A program made the position numbers and the translations under genes. The notes under the pieces are model-generated. The model searched no databases and was not told the DNA's origin. It saw only the letters and a list, made by a program, of their open reading frames with translations. Shown piece after piece: positions 48,401 through 61,205 of a stretch of DNA of 64,000 nucleotides. Every line of letters starts with the position of its first letter. Position 1 is the stretch's first letter. The DNA lies in NCBI GenBank assembly GCA_973851085.1, contig OZ316775.1:20584001-20648000 (forward strand). The letters are read 5' to 3'. Origin of the DNA: Ptychomitrium polyphyllum. Taxonomy: Eukaryota.

Positions 48401-51174
48401 GTATGCGTAACTATGTCAAGTCTGTCTTAAATGCCACACTACCAGGCATCCGAGCATTCCATGTTTGGACAAAACATCCGACTTCCTCGTTCAATTTATT
48501 GGTGGACCCACAAGACAAATTTCGTCCACACTCGTGCCTAAATCATCAGGTTAAACTTGAGGACGGTCACAGCGTGATGAAATGATGATATTTTTCCGAC
48601 ATGCTAAATTAAGTTATATTATGGTTGAGTTCAGCTGTGATTGTACTTATAGTGCCAACCTCGAAGTCACTCTAGCCTTTCGTTTCTGCAGCAATAACTC
48701 TACCCCGCAAAAGTTGTAAATTTGGAGTAGGTAGAGTAGTTTTCCTGATATATAATATGACCAGGAAGAGTTCTTTTCTTTTTTCTTTTTTCTTCTAAAA
48801 ATTGTTTATAAATTTATTTTTATATTTAAAAGTAAATCCACTAACTTCACGATTTTTCATTGCCGAGGTTTAAGGATGAAGTATGGCTTTTTCAGTAGGT
48901 TTCTTTTTAAATTAATAGTACTTGTTTGTTCATTATTAGATCCGTGAGCTTACATCTGGAATAAAAAGAAAAATGCTACGACCTTCACAGAAGCTCCCTC
49001 CTTTTGACCTCTGGTTCCCTTTGTACTTGCCAAGTTTCCTTGAATTCCCAATGTTTACAATTTTTTCTTCTTGTGTTCTCTCTCGTATTTTCTGTGGTCT
49101 GCGTTTCTGCAATCCTGGTAACTTTGCCAACAAGGTCGAACATCGTTACACCCGTTAACTGTAGGACACTACTTCTTACAAGAGTTTGCAGTTTTCCACG
49201 ATTACTACAGCCCTAACATTTGACCTTGCAGAGTTACAGTGACTTGCAAGTTACAACTTAGAACCTCTTCGTCAAAGTTTATGTAGGCCACAGGAATTTC
49301 CCAAACGATACTGCTCACTCCAGTACACACATTGGTGTCCTCCAGCAGTACAGAATATCACAGCTAAGTCACCATGAACTGGTCACTTTGAAGCTGGCGT
49401 CAAATGAACGACTGGTCCCACCTTAAATATTATAGATCGAGTCGAATTAAGTGGGGTGAGTTGCTGCGAGCTGGTGCTTCTCAGGCGAAAGCTGTAGAAC
49501 GGGCTGGGTTGCAAAAACTCCATGCTATGTATCGGGCGACGACAAATCACGCAGATTACTCTCATGCAAAGCAAAGCGTGCAATAATTAACTGCTCAGAA
49601 AGCAAGCTTACCGTGCAATAAGCCACCCACGTCAAAGCCTATTCTGTCGTATGTTCAACCACTCTAATCACCTCAGTAACACCTCGCGCCTCTCCGGATC
49701 GACTCTGAGCTCTCCACGCTGCGTCCCAACCATTCATCCGTTTCCATGGTCAATATTTTCAGTGGTGTAAGTTACCAGTTTTCTCACCCAGTCGCACCTC
49801 AAGATTTCCGAATCTACTCCAAGAGCCGACCGAGGCTGTCGCTAAGTATTTTCTTTCTGCACGACCACTTGCACGTTGGTTTCTTGGATTTGCTGGAGTT
49901 AATATCTCTTTCAACTGATCGAAGCAAAGTGGACCTCTAATGTGGAGTTTTTGTGTCGACAATTGAGGTTCCAATCCTGTTGCTCAGCCAAGTCCTGCGA
50001 CGCGGATCCTACAACTTCTGAGCCGAGTGCTCGTCTAAGATAGCTGCGCCGTCGGCCCATTTGATCAACGGTGAGGATGCCCAGTTGCGACACTTACCGA
50101 ATTCCGATGAAATCTAGGATTTTCGTCGATTCAGCTTCTCGAATCTTCATTAGGGGTGCTTCATTGATATATCGTAGATTAACAAAGGATTTGATTTTGC
50201 TGGTGAAGCAGTGATTCCCAAACGATATGTTAAGTGGTGGTTGACATATTTGCATTATGCCAGAAAAAGTTCAATTAAAAACATACATATAATAATTTAG
50301 GCAATAACATTTAATAAAGAAATAATTATTAATTTTCATTAAAATTATAGTTCACAAATGTAAAACAATATGAAATTTAATAAAAGCATTGAAATGATAT
50401 GTTAGTATTTGATAACTACAAAGAACTGGACATAAAAGAATGTATTTTGAGGAAGATTAGTATTTATGGTTCCAACACTTGTAATAGGTAGTATATTGAT
50501 TTTAAACAATTTGAAATTACAAGCCATTAGAATACATTAGCAATCACATGAAATGAATACAAAAAATTTTAATTTGAAATTAGATGAAAAAACTACATTC
50601 CATATAAGCAATTATATATATGGATTTTTTGAAGAATAATGTCAAATCTTTAGAGTTGAATGAAGTCAATCCGGCAAATATGAATAATTTGATGAATTGA
50701 TGTTATTTGACTTCAAATTTTTGACAACACTCTTCAAGCTTCATACATTAGCACACTTTACAATAAATGTTGTTTAGTAATTTATTGTCCACTTTCAGAT
50801 GAACTTTTCTTCCTACTTTATGTGTTTCTTATAATATATTTTTAATAATAATATTTTCAATGATGTTATTGTCAAATATCTATTCTATAACAACTCTAAA
50901 AAGATAAATCTAAACTAATAAGAAATCGGAGCATTTTCAAGTCAAAACTTCTAAGTTATAAGGTAATCACGTTTTAAGAATGCAATTACATACCATTTAT
51001 GTCATAAATGATGCTTAAATTTTTCCATAAAAACCATTGTGTTTGATTAGCAAATCACAATCAAAGTAATACAAAACCTTGAAATATCCAATCCAAAGAA
51101 CCAACTTTTAAGGTTATTGATTCCAAAAAGATATCATGGAGTTCCTTTTGTCACAATAATCCTATTCTAGAGTC

Positions 51175-51226
51175 TAGAGGATGGAGTGAGACTATTATGT
51201 AGAGGATGGAGTGAGACTATTATGTA
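51175..51226. repeat. 25-bp tandem duplication
   Basis: tagaggatggagtgagactattatg twice. Confidence 0.9.
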
Positions 51227-54211
51227 TATGAAGTAATATACTTTTCTTCTGACCCTAGTAGAATGGATACATTTCCAAGATCCCAGTATCTTCTAGTGAT
51301 GAAATCTTTTCTGAAAAGGAACATATGTGTTCGGAAACTACAGTTGGCCCTACCGCAAATGGTGCTGCATTTCTTATTTCGAACACAGAGAGAACCGCCC
51401 CGGACCTTATTAACTTCCCGCCTGGCCTATTGCAAACCATGTGCCGGTGCCGGCACTAAGTTGCCACATCCTGTAAAAGTATCATCCGAATTGTCCTTTA
51501 CATTATTCTCCTGAGGGTGAAGTTTACACCGTGCCATACATTGTTGATCATAACGAACTTTGCTATTTCCACAAGCTTTAGGGTCGCTCCACCTGTAGCT
51601 TCAACTGTTTTGCATATGTTGAGTGGTAGTACAGAGACAGAGACAACTTTTTGTTTGGTAGAGAGCGATAGGGATCATCAAGAATGTAATCTTGAAATGT
51701 ACTTCATTTTTTGGAAACGTTGAAATCATTGTCACATGGGTGTGATCCACGGAAAATTACATGGACATGCCAGATTTGTGTATGAAGGGTGCATTTTGCT
51801 TTTATAAGATGTACAGTACATGGGACTTTTCTGGCAGCTTGAGATTATATGAATTAGGTTAATTCTGCTGAAACAAATTGTACCTTTTAAAGTAATAATT
51901 GAATTGTAAATCCAAAAAGGAAGTTTTATTGAAAAAAAATATTTAAAAAAATTGGACAATCAAATAGATGGAGAGATGACTTCATGCAATGATGTGAGGT
52001 TTCTGAATTTTGTGCATCACCAATTTTACTCGATAATGAGATGTGGTCATCACTACCTATTTATTATTGATTATTTGGGTTTCTTTTTAAGATTTGGATT
52101 TGACTCAAATGATGTTAAAACTAAACTTTTACTAGTGTAGACTGAAACAAATTCAAAGATCACTTCATTATAATGTGAAAATATCCAAACTTTAGATAAT
52201 ATCAATAAACATGGTTTTAAACATTGTATTTGTGAGAACATCACATTTGTATATGCCATTTTCTTTTACAATTTAAGAATAAATCATCAATGTATCTTTA
52301 GATTTTTTTACAAAGATTTTTTTCAAATTAATCTTATTGATATTTGTGGAAGCATAATTTATAACATTTTCATGTGTAATGAATTTTTTTTATAAATATT
52401 ATATTTTGAGATAAAATGAATTTAAAGATGTCATTCGTTGTAAGACTTTATGATATACATGTAACAAAGGTTATTTTTTAAAGGATAAGAAGTAATATAA
52501 TTATTCTATAATTTGATAAATTATATTAGCAAAATAAAATGAAATATTGTAAAAGATTATTGAGAAAAATTTAAAATAGAATGATCAAAAGTTTTTAAAA
52601 TGCCATATGTCACAATTTTTATTAACTTAAATCCTTGAAAAATATGATGATTTACTATATTAATTCTTTATTGGCCCTAAAGTTCCAAAGTATAGATATA
52701 GGTTTAAGTCATTTTATTTATAATACATTTAATAATTATTTTAAGACTAAAGTTCTATTAATGTATGTTTTTAAAGTTTAGATGGATTTATAGCGGAAGA
52801 AATAATAACTAGGGAACATATGACAAAACATCTAATAAAAAGTTGATTAATGTTGTAAAAAGTACATAGATTACAATTAAAATGGTTTGAAAAGTCAATA
52901 TTGATTAAGTTTACAGTTGATGTCTTTAAGAATTTGTTTGTGACATATACACAACCAAAAATCATTTATAATTTCATAGATTTCATAAATGTTCTTCAAA
53001 ACATTCTTGAGGTTTTTCGAAGTACCTTGTCTATTTTAAATTTTAAAAAAGATTTTTTTTTTTTTGATAATGTACTTTGCTTTACAATACTTTTGAATTT
53101 TGAATTTTTATTTTTTGTAAATAGTATGTATTTGCAAGTATAATGTGATTTTTCTAAAAATACAAAGATATGATTGGTTTGAATTTTTGTTGTAAATATG
53201 AAGTGAATTTGAAATCTTAAATAATTATTAGATTGGTATTTTATTTTTTGTAATTTGAGTAGCTCAATAAAATTTAAATAGGTTGATTTAGCTCTTTGGA
53301 AGGCATTTTGAAGTTTAACTTTTTTTTTGTTTGATTTTTAATTTTTTCATAAGTCTATAAACAAATCCAAGTATTATAAACAATTTCTTTATTATATGGA
53401 AAGAAGAAATAACCAAAAACTTATATATATAAAAGAATGCAATTGAAAAACCAATGATATGTTGAATATCATATGCCTATGACTATTTTTTTTCCCCTTA
53501 TAGTTGTAATTAATGATCTTCAACAATAAGATAGAATTGCATGTATAAATAATAAAAATCTATTATTGATTAATTCATTTTTAAGGAAAAATATATTTTA
53601 GTTATTTTGACAAAGATCTTATGTATTTTCAAAACCTCAATCATATAAATTATTTTAAATCATTATCCTACATGTTATTTAAATTTCTTAATTAAATTTG
53701 TGCAAGTTTTAAAAATCACATATTGGAATGCAATCTTGTTAAATGAATCTTGATCTTTAGGCTTACATCACTTGGTGAAAAACAAATCAAGCAATTTTGT
53801 TGCTTTCAAAAAATGAAAATCTTTCTTTTAATTAGATTCGAAACTTCTAAAAAATTGGTGCTCACATGTTTTAAGATGCCATTCCTTCTAAACTATTGTA
53901 TTTACACAGCTATACCTTGTAGAGATTTCAAAATTGTATCCATACAAACAAATCTATTCTCACAAGAAAAGTTAATGATAGGTATATTCAGTTATGATTG
54001 ATAGCTAACATGGTCCATTAAAACTTTTAAATTGTTATTGAAATAACAGAAGATAACTTCAATTGGGATTTTATAAAAAAATTGTAAGAGCTTGTATGCA
54101 GTATTTACGATTAAGATGGACCATGGAGGAGTTAACAAATTTGACAAATAATCCAAAGAGGTGCTATGTTGTATCAGCTGTTTCCTGGAAATCAAAAGAA
54201 GCCCACATGGC

Positions 54212-54304
54212 TGGAAGCTGGAAGTTAGATGTTGGAAGCTGGAAGTTAGATGTTGGAAGCTGGAAGTTAGATGTTGGAAGCTGGAAGTTAGATGTTAGAA
54301 GCTG
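54212..54304. repeat. 21-bp minisatellite, about 4.4 copies
   Basis: (tggaagctggaagttagatgt)n read directly. Confidence 0.92.
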
Positions 54305-55102
54305 CATAGTCAAGTAGATGTGCCTTCTAAGATGTTGTACAAATTTGAGAAGTTGACCATGACAACAGTAAACACCAATTTTTAACATACCCTATTATCC
54401 ATTGGTCAAAGTTATACCTCACTGTTAACTTGGCCCACTGCATGATTGACCATGTAGTTACATGTCTCAGGATCTCAGCTCATGGCCATGATGGACTCCA
54501 GTACCTGCTGTTGAATTATGCATCCTGTAGTTTGCTAATTTTTTTATTACTTCTTTTCAATTTGTAGAAATGCTAACATTAATTCCGTTGAAAACGACTG
54601 TGTTATATGGTTCAGGCACCGACTAGCCACCCGCGCTTAAACTTCGTTTTTATAATGATAAGTCGAGTGCAACATAATAGTAAGTATGAGATAATCGAAT
54701 ATTACGCAGTCAACTCCAGTAATAGCCAAAAACCATGAACTCTGTCCTATGTATTTTTAACATTAACGGTGCCTAAACTACCTTCTAAATTGATACTTCA
54801 GTAGCTACCGTATATGATATTTCGCCACAAAAGTCCATTGGATAACCGAATAGTGCACGAGATTCATCAGCGACGCCCAAAGTTCGGATTCTCCGGAAAG
54901 GCATGCATTGCGATACTCGGCACTGGTGTCATCCGTTACCAACGGACGGCTTCGACATTCTCGCACTCCCGTTGAAGTTGCACTCCCGTTGGAGTCCACT
55001 TCTGATTCATCTGATACCTCTGTAATACTATAGCGATACGAACGCGTTACCTAAGTAATACGTGGACCGGGTATCTCACCAAATGGACGTTGTAAGTTGT
55101 AA

Positions 55103-55192
55103 GCTGGTTCCGTGATACTTGCGATCAATCAACCATGTAGGGCGGCTGGTTCCGTGATACTTGCGATCAATCAACCATCGCTCTGTATAAAT
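55103..55192 (+). promoter_or_regulatory. 34-bp direct repeat followed by a TATA-like box upstream of XTH copy 3
   Basis: gctggttccgtgatacttgcgatcaatcaaccat at 55103 and 55145; tataaat at about 55186-55192; pyrimidine-rich leader follows. Confidence 0.55.
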
Positions 55193-55523
55193 TCCTCCCA
55201 TCTCACAAGCACTGAACCATCTCTCAGTTTCTACTTCTCTAAAGTCTACTCTGCAATACGACGTTGTTCCAATACTGATTTTGATAGTTGATGATCTCTC
55301 CGCCTCTCGAGTTACTTATATGACAAGTACGTCGAAGTAGAATCTGTTTAGACCAGTCGTCCTGAACGAAGCACGGTTACGTTGCTAGATTTCATTTGCA
55401 TGTGTCTATAGTCTTCTCAGCCTTGCGTTAGACCTTGCTAGATTTCGATTGTAACCGGTTGTACTGCAAAGGTTTCTTACAATCAGTTCGGGGAAGAACT
55501 CTGATTCAGTGAATCGTTCCAGA

Positions 55524-56384
55524 ATGGGGTCACTCAGCAAAATACCGGTTGTGGTGCTGCTGTTGAGTATGGTGGTGTGTAGCAATGCTTCTCTGTACGA
55601 TTATTTCACTACCTGGAGTTCGAACAACGTGCAATGGTTGGCAGATGGGAAGAGTGTGAAAATCAGTCTAAACGCAGCGTCATCTTCTGGGTGTAGCTCC
55701 AAGGACAAGTGGGTGTTTGGCAAGTTTGGAGCCTGGATGAAACTCCCACCATTCGATTCCGCCGGCACAGTGACCACATTCTACCTCTCTTCGCCGTCCC
55801 CGGGCCAATGCGAGTTCGACTTCGAGTTTCTGGGGAACAAGACCGGGCAGCCCTTCCTGCTTCATACAAATGTCTTCGTAGACGGAGTCGGAGGTCGCGA
55901 GCAGCAGATTTTCTTACCGGGCGGGTTCGACCCCACCGCGGCGTTCCACTACTATAGTTTCAGTTGGACTGCGGACAGCGTTGTGTTCTACGTAGACAAC
56001 CAGCCCATCCGGGAGTTTAAGAATCTTGTCGGGCAGGTGCCGAATTTCAAGTACTGTACCCAGAAGCCCATGGGGCTGTATTTCAGTATCTGGGATGGGA
56101 GCAGCTGGGCGACACGGGGAGGGCAAGATCCTGTGAACTACAATGACGCTCCGTTCACTGCGACCTACACGAATTTTGTTCTGGACGGGTGTCTGGCGAA
56201 TGGGCAGGGTGGTGCGCAAGCGTGCCAGAGTGATAGTCATGCTCATGGTCCCGCGTTGACTCCTCAGGAGGAAGGCCAGATGCAGAGCATTAGGTCGAAT
56301 AAGCCCATGGTGAAGTATAATTATTGTAACGATAAGAACCGGTACCCAACTGCGCCTCCGGAGTGTGCGTACAATGCTATGTAG
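55524..56384 (+). CDS. XTH: XTH-like GH16 protein, intronless, copy 3 (diverged paralogue, 286 aa)
   Basis: Signal peptide; DSAGTVTTFYLSS, QCEFDFEFLGNKTG, HTNVFVDGVGGREQQ, SIWDGSSWATRGG, YNYCNDKNRYPTAPPEC; shares the C-terminal YNAM with copies 1 and 2. Confidence 0.93.
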   Translation: MGSLSKIPVVVLLLSMVVCSNASLYDYFTTWSSNNVQWLADGKSVKISLNAASSSGCSSKDKWVFGKFGAWMKLPPFDSAGTVTTFYLSSPSPGQCEFDFEFLGNKTGQPFLLHTNVFVDGVGGREQQIFLPGGFDPTAAFHYYSFSWTADSVVFYVDNQPIREFKNLVGQVPNFKYCTQKPMGLYFSIWDGSSWATRGGQDPVNYNDAPFTATYTNFVLDGCLANGQGGAQACQSDSHAHGPALTPQEEGQMQSIRSNKPMVKYNYCNDKNRYPTAPPECAYNAM

Positions 56385-56899
56385 ATTGTACATTAGAATG
56401 TTTACTGTTGATTAGATTCAGAATATCATATTGTAGAGTCAGAGGGCTGGCAAATGTCAGGAATTTTGTTTGGAGAGGTCATGCGATGGCGAGGCCATGG
56501 GGTGAAGTTGCACTAGGTGTAAATTATGTGAGCCAGATATTTGATCAGATAGAATTCTTTGAAAGATTATTATCTAGTTGCGGAACTTTCCATGTTTGGT
56601 GACGGGGCTAGAGTTTGGTCAATGTGGTCAGACAGTGGTCTGTTTTACAGGCAATGAACTGCGGCAGGCATAGAATTTTGTGAATGTCCAGGTTAGGGTG
56701 ATAATGACGTTCTATTGAACGGTGAGTACGAATTGACTTTTGTGATTGAAGCACCGACCAGCGTTAGATTTCGCTGGGCTCGGAAATTTGATCTAAATAA
56801 ATTGGGAACAGCGTACATGAATACATACGATTGTCTTGTTTTCTTGGAGATGAGGGGTGCTGATGAGAGTAAATTTTATTTCTATAGAGCTTCTTGATC

Positions 56900-57905
56900 G
56901 TTAACGCTTTCTGCCCACTTCTGATATCATTCTCGTCTTTTTGAATCTCCTCCGCTTCCACACGGCGATGTTCCAAAGAATTTGTGACAGAGCTGCTCCC
57001 AAAGCATCTAACTCACGTCGGCTCATCCTGCGACGATCATTAATATTGCCTTTTGAAACTTCTCCGATACTGTCCAACTTATAGGTTATCAAGAAAACAG
57101 TCGCTAAATACTTAGATAATCAAAGGAAGTGATAATCCTCGGGCAAGGACAAATGTAAATTATGTATTGCGAATTATACTCACTATCGAGGTCTGATCTT
57201 CTTGAAGAGACAAGGTGTAATGAGTTGAAACTTCTTCTGGATACACCCCACTCACTCATTAGCTTCATTGCCACTGCAATTGAGCTATCAGAAAATTTCT
57301 TCTTACTAATGGCAGAGTTATTCAAGCTGTCAAAGCTGATAATCGACTTCACCCATTCGTGCGTTTAACTAAAGCAATTCAACAGTATTCTATCACACTC
57401 AAGTGACAAAGTACTGTATATGATCATCGTCTATGAAAACAGCAAAACTTTGAATAAATTGCCAATCACAATACATAAAGGGACGCAGCATCACGTAGAA
57501 AAAATATAAGATTGCAATACAAGTTCTTCTATAAGGCACGCTTAGGAGAAGTAGAGTTGTGTTTACATTGCCGGCTTCTTTGTCAAGGCCCCACGCACAA
57601 ACACTGTTTTTTGCTCCCTCCCTGTCTGCTTCAACATCATCCAAGCCAATGTCTTCCTCAATCATCCAATCAATTGCAACGCTAGGAAGCTCTACTAGGT
57701 CACTTGCTTCAATATCACTGGAATCAGCATGCTCGAGATTAACGTCAATAATGAAGGACAGGAGTGTCGACGGTTGTGGTCGGGAAACGCCAAGTTAAAG
57801 AGGTCGAACTTTATACCCACTCCAAAGGACGCGAAGGCTAGTGGAACTGCCTAATGTAGTGACATCCGAAACCTCGCAACTAACTTCATGATTGTGAAAA
57901 TCTGG
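56900..57905 (-). pseudogene. Possible decayed multi-exon coding relic of unknown family
   Basis: Minus frame at about 57905-57570 reads as acidic protein (DFHNHEVSCEVSD..VRPL*LGVSRP..DIEASDLVELPSVAIDWMIEEDIGLDDVEAD) with one stop; further fragments at 57360-57180 and 57092-56901. Confidence 0.3.
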
Positions 57906-59449
57906 TTTACCGCATATTACTTGAATTACAACACAAAAGACTATGAGGGACAAGAAAACCTTTCCAATTACCTTTCAGTGAGCACTTGTCCATGACTTCC
58001 AATCTAACACAACACATGTGAGACGATGGTAAGGATCTATTAAGGCCTGTAATTACAAAACAGAAGGATACTTGCAATTGCAAGCTCACAAGAAGTGAAA
58101 TAAAAACATATTTAAAACAATTTCTAGATTACCACATATCAACTACAACTCAACTCGTTTATAGAAGAAATACACTTCAATTTTTTTGGAACAAAAGCTT
58201 GATTAATTAAAAAAATACACCACACCTTCAATTTTTATTGGTTGAGGGTTTATATATCATGCTTCAGATTCTATAATTTTGGATCTAGATCCATTATATG
58301 AACTAACAAACTAACAACTATCATCTGGTAGTACCAATGAGGGAAATTTGATAGTATTGGATAGAAGACTTAATAGATCAATAATGTCATTCCCTTTTTG
58401 AACTAAGATTACTCTAAAAAACTTAAAAGACTAATTACTCCAACATTTCCTAAAGCAACAGTCACTGCAAAATTGGTACCAAACTTATAGGAGAAGGGAT
58501 AGTGGTTGTTTGGTAGGTAGGCAAGGAATATAGACCTTGCAATATAGGAAGGATGGGAAGGTCCATTCTTATAGGAAACAAGGAAGAAAGTTGTGAGCGG
58601 TGGAATTAACTTATTTAGTTTTTTTCTCTTAAAAATAATCAAAAATGATACAAATAGTGAAGGTTAGGCCAAATTATGGCTAGAGGATTACATTATAGAG
58701 TTAATTAAGCATTAAGAAAATTACAATACAACTAAAAGGTCATTGAAAATTTCACATCAATTAGAGATAAGTAAATGATTGAATTAGGAAAAGAGGAATA
58801 AGTTTTTTAATTTAGATTGATTAAAAGTTATGAACTAGATTAGATATTGAATTAAGTGATGGTTGAAAAGTTTACACAAATAGAAGTGGGGCATGGCTTA
58901 ATATAAGGGAAAAAGAGAGACAAACTTCTAACAAGTATTGGATTAAAAATTAAAAATTCAAGTGGGCAAGGATTACGTATAATTAATATGAGGTGCATTT
59001 AGAAGGTATTAAGCTTGAGATGCAAGTTGGTGTAGCATTAAATGCATGCTGGTGCAGATTTAGGAAGTTCCAGTCAACAATTGATATAGACTAAAGGGAA
59101 GAGAAGAAAACAAGACCAAGATTTAAAGGATTTTCTTTTATAATTTCTCTTTAATAATTTTTCTCACTTTCTCACTTTCCTTGTCTCATTTTCTCTCATT
59201 TTATTTTTATTTTTATTTCCTTGTCTCATTTTCTCTCACTTTAATTTTATTTTATTTCCTTATTTATTCTTTTCTTGCTTTTCTTCCTCATCTTTGCTTC
59301 TTTAATAGAAATAGTGTATAATTTAAGAAAATTAGTAGGAGGTTTTAGATTTAAGGTGTGGACCTAAATTTTGGAGCATCAATCAAGAGCTTAGAGATGT
59401 GGATTTAGGATTTTAGTGGCCAAAACCGCCATTTTAGTAAGCCGCAATC

Positions 59450-59960
59450 ATGCCAAAATAAATACTTAGAATTTTCTCTAATCTTTTATTTAAATTTGTA
59501 TTATTATAAATCTTGTTATTGACTTTCCAGCATTCTTTAGAACATTCAAATTGGAATTGTACTAAATTAATTATGAACTTTAGAAATTTAACTATATTAT
59601 TAAAGCTAGATTTGTAGAATTCTAGAAACTGGTATGCTAAACTTGAATTAATAGGTTGAATTAATTTTCAATCAGGAATTTCTAATCTTTATTTGTAGAT
59701 CTTGTGGTTGGCTTCCAACGCTATTTAGAACATTCAAATTGGAATTGTATTTAAGTATTATGAATTTTAAAAGTTCAACTTTATTGTGAAAAATTGGAAT
59801 TGTAAAAATCCAATAAGCAATACCTAAACCGTGATCAACAACTTGAATTTACATAAATTTTTATTGCAATAGTTCATTTTTATAGCTTTTGTTGTTAGCT
59901 TTCCAATGTCATTTAAACCACTTCATTTGGACCTATAACAAATTAATTATGAATTTCAGA
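59450..59960. repeat. Three diverged 188-bp tandem units, likely the internal repeat of a non-autonomous element
   Basis: tttagaacattcaaattggaattgta exact at 59536 and 59724; degenerate third copy at 59912. Confidence 0.7.
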
Positions 59961-61150
59961 AGTTTGGCTTCATTATAGAAAATTGCTAGTAATGGTTCAA
60001 ATAATTCATATAAATTGATGAATTTGAGCTATTGAGGGATTTAAAACAAAAACTTTAATACTACAACACAACTTAATTAATTGATAACTAAAAGTAGCAT
60101 TGTGTTAATTAATACACCCTCCAATTTAGTGGGAAAAGGGGGGGTGGAATTTATTAAGCTCACATAGTATATATAAGCAAATCTTGTATTATTTAGGATA
60201 TTAGAATTTAAATTAAAAAATTCACTTTTGAATTCTATTCTTGTTTACTTATCCAGTTATTTATACTATTCTATTGTTCTATTTTTTTTGGCATTTTTCT
60301 TTATTGTATGCACATTTGTCTTCATGTATTTCTAATACTTTTTCATTGTGATTTTTAAGAAATTCTTATACATATTATTCTTACAGTTTCATACTGGCAT
60401 TTGATCAACAATGCTTAGGAAAAGCTTAAAACCTCTTTTAAATTACATTCTTCCAAAAGATGTCGTCAATAGGCTATCATTTGTCTTTAATGTGTATGAT
60501 TTGCATTAAAAACAAAGTTTTCCTTAGAATTACAAGTTCTTGCCTATTATGTGCACCAAGTTGCACTCAAAAATTGTTTGTGTCTTAGACCAAGCTGTCA
60601 CGTGAAGTTACATTGGAGGGCCACATCATGTCAATTAGTTTGTTAAATGGACTCTTGAAGAAGTCCATGTTAGATTTGGATGAGTTTCATCCAAATTTCA
60701 GGGCTCATCTACCTAAGGTTTGGTTGTAAGTAGGGGAAGAGGTTCTTGACTTGACATTATTGTGAAGTCAAGTTTTGTGAGTGTGTTTTTAGAGTGGAAA
60801 TTTATGTTATTGCTTTCTTGTGGCTATGGTTTGATAGCCTTTAGTAAAGTCTTGAGTTCCCTTTTACACTTGCACTTTTGGATTCTCCCTTCGAGGAGTG
60901 AGAGATAGCTTGACTCTTATGTGAATAACTAGTTTCTTTAAGTGTGGAAAGAAACTAGGTTACTTGACAACAATGTTTCCACATTTACTTCTTTAGATCT
61001 CAAAGTTGAGTTTGAGTAATTGAAGAAAGTTTGTAGGTACTTACTACGTTGTTGGAAAGCGCGGTTAGAAAAAGAGAACGCAACAAATAGCGTATGATTT
61101 GGACATATTTTGAAGAAGTTGGAGCCATTTCAAGTTTTCAAGGTTTCTTC

Positions 61151-61205
61151 CCAGTCTGTGCTAGTCTGTGCTAGTCTGTGCTAGTCTGTGCTAGTCTGTG
61201 CTAGT
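61151..61205. repeat. 10-bp tandem repeat (ctagtctgtg), about 5.5 copies
   Basis: Read directly. Confidence 0.92.

Noticed and set aside
48100..50200. GC-richer island with no long ORF, considered as a miRNA or lncRNA locus
   Set aside because: No conserved plant miRNA sequence or long hairpin recognised by eye; cannot be supported without expression data.
54212..54304. Regular repeats here and at 61151 and 55103 as CRISPR-like arrays
   Set aside because: No unique spacers, no cas genes, eukaryotic context; ordinary tandem repeats.
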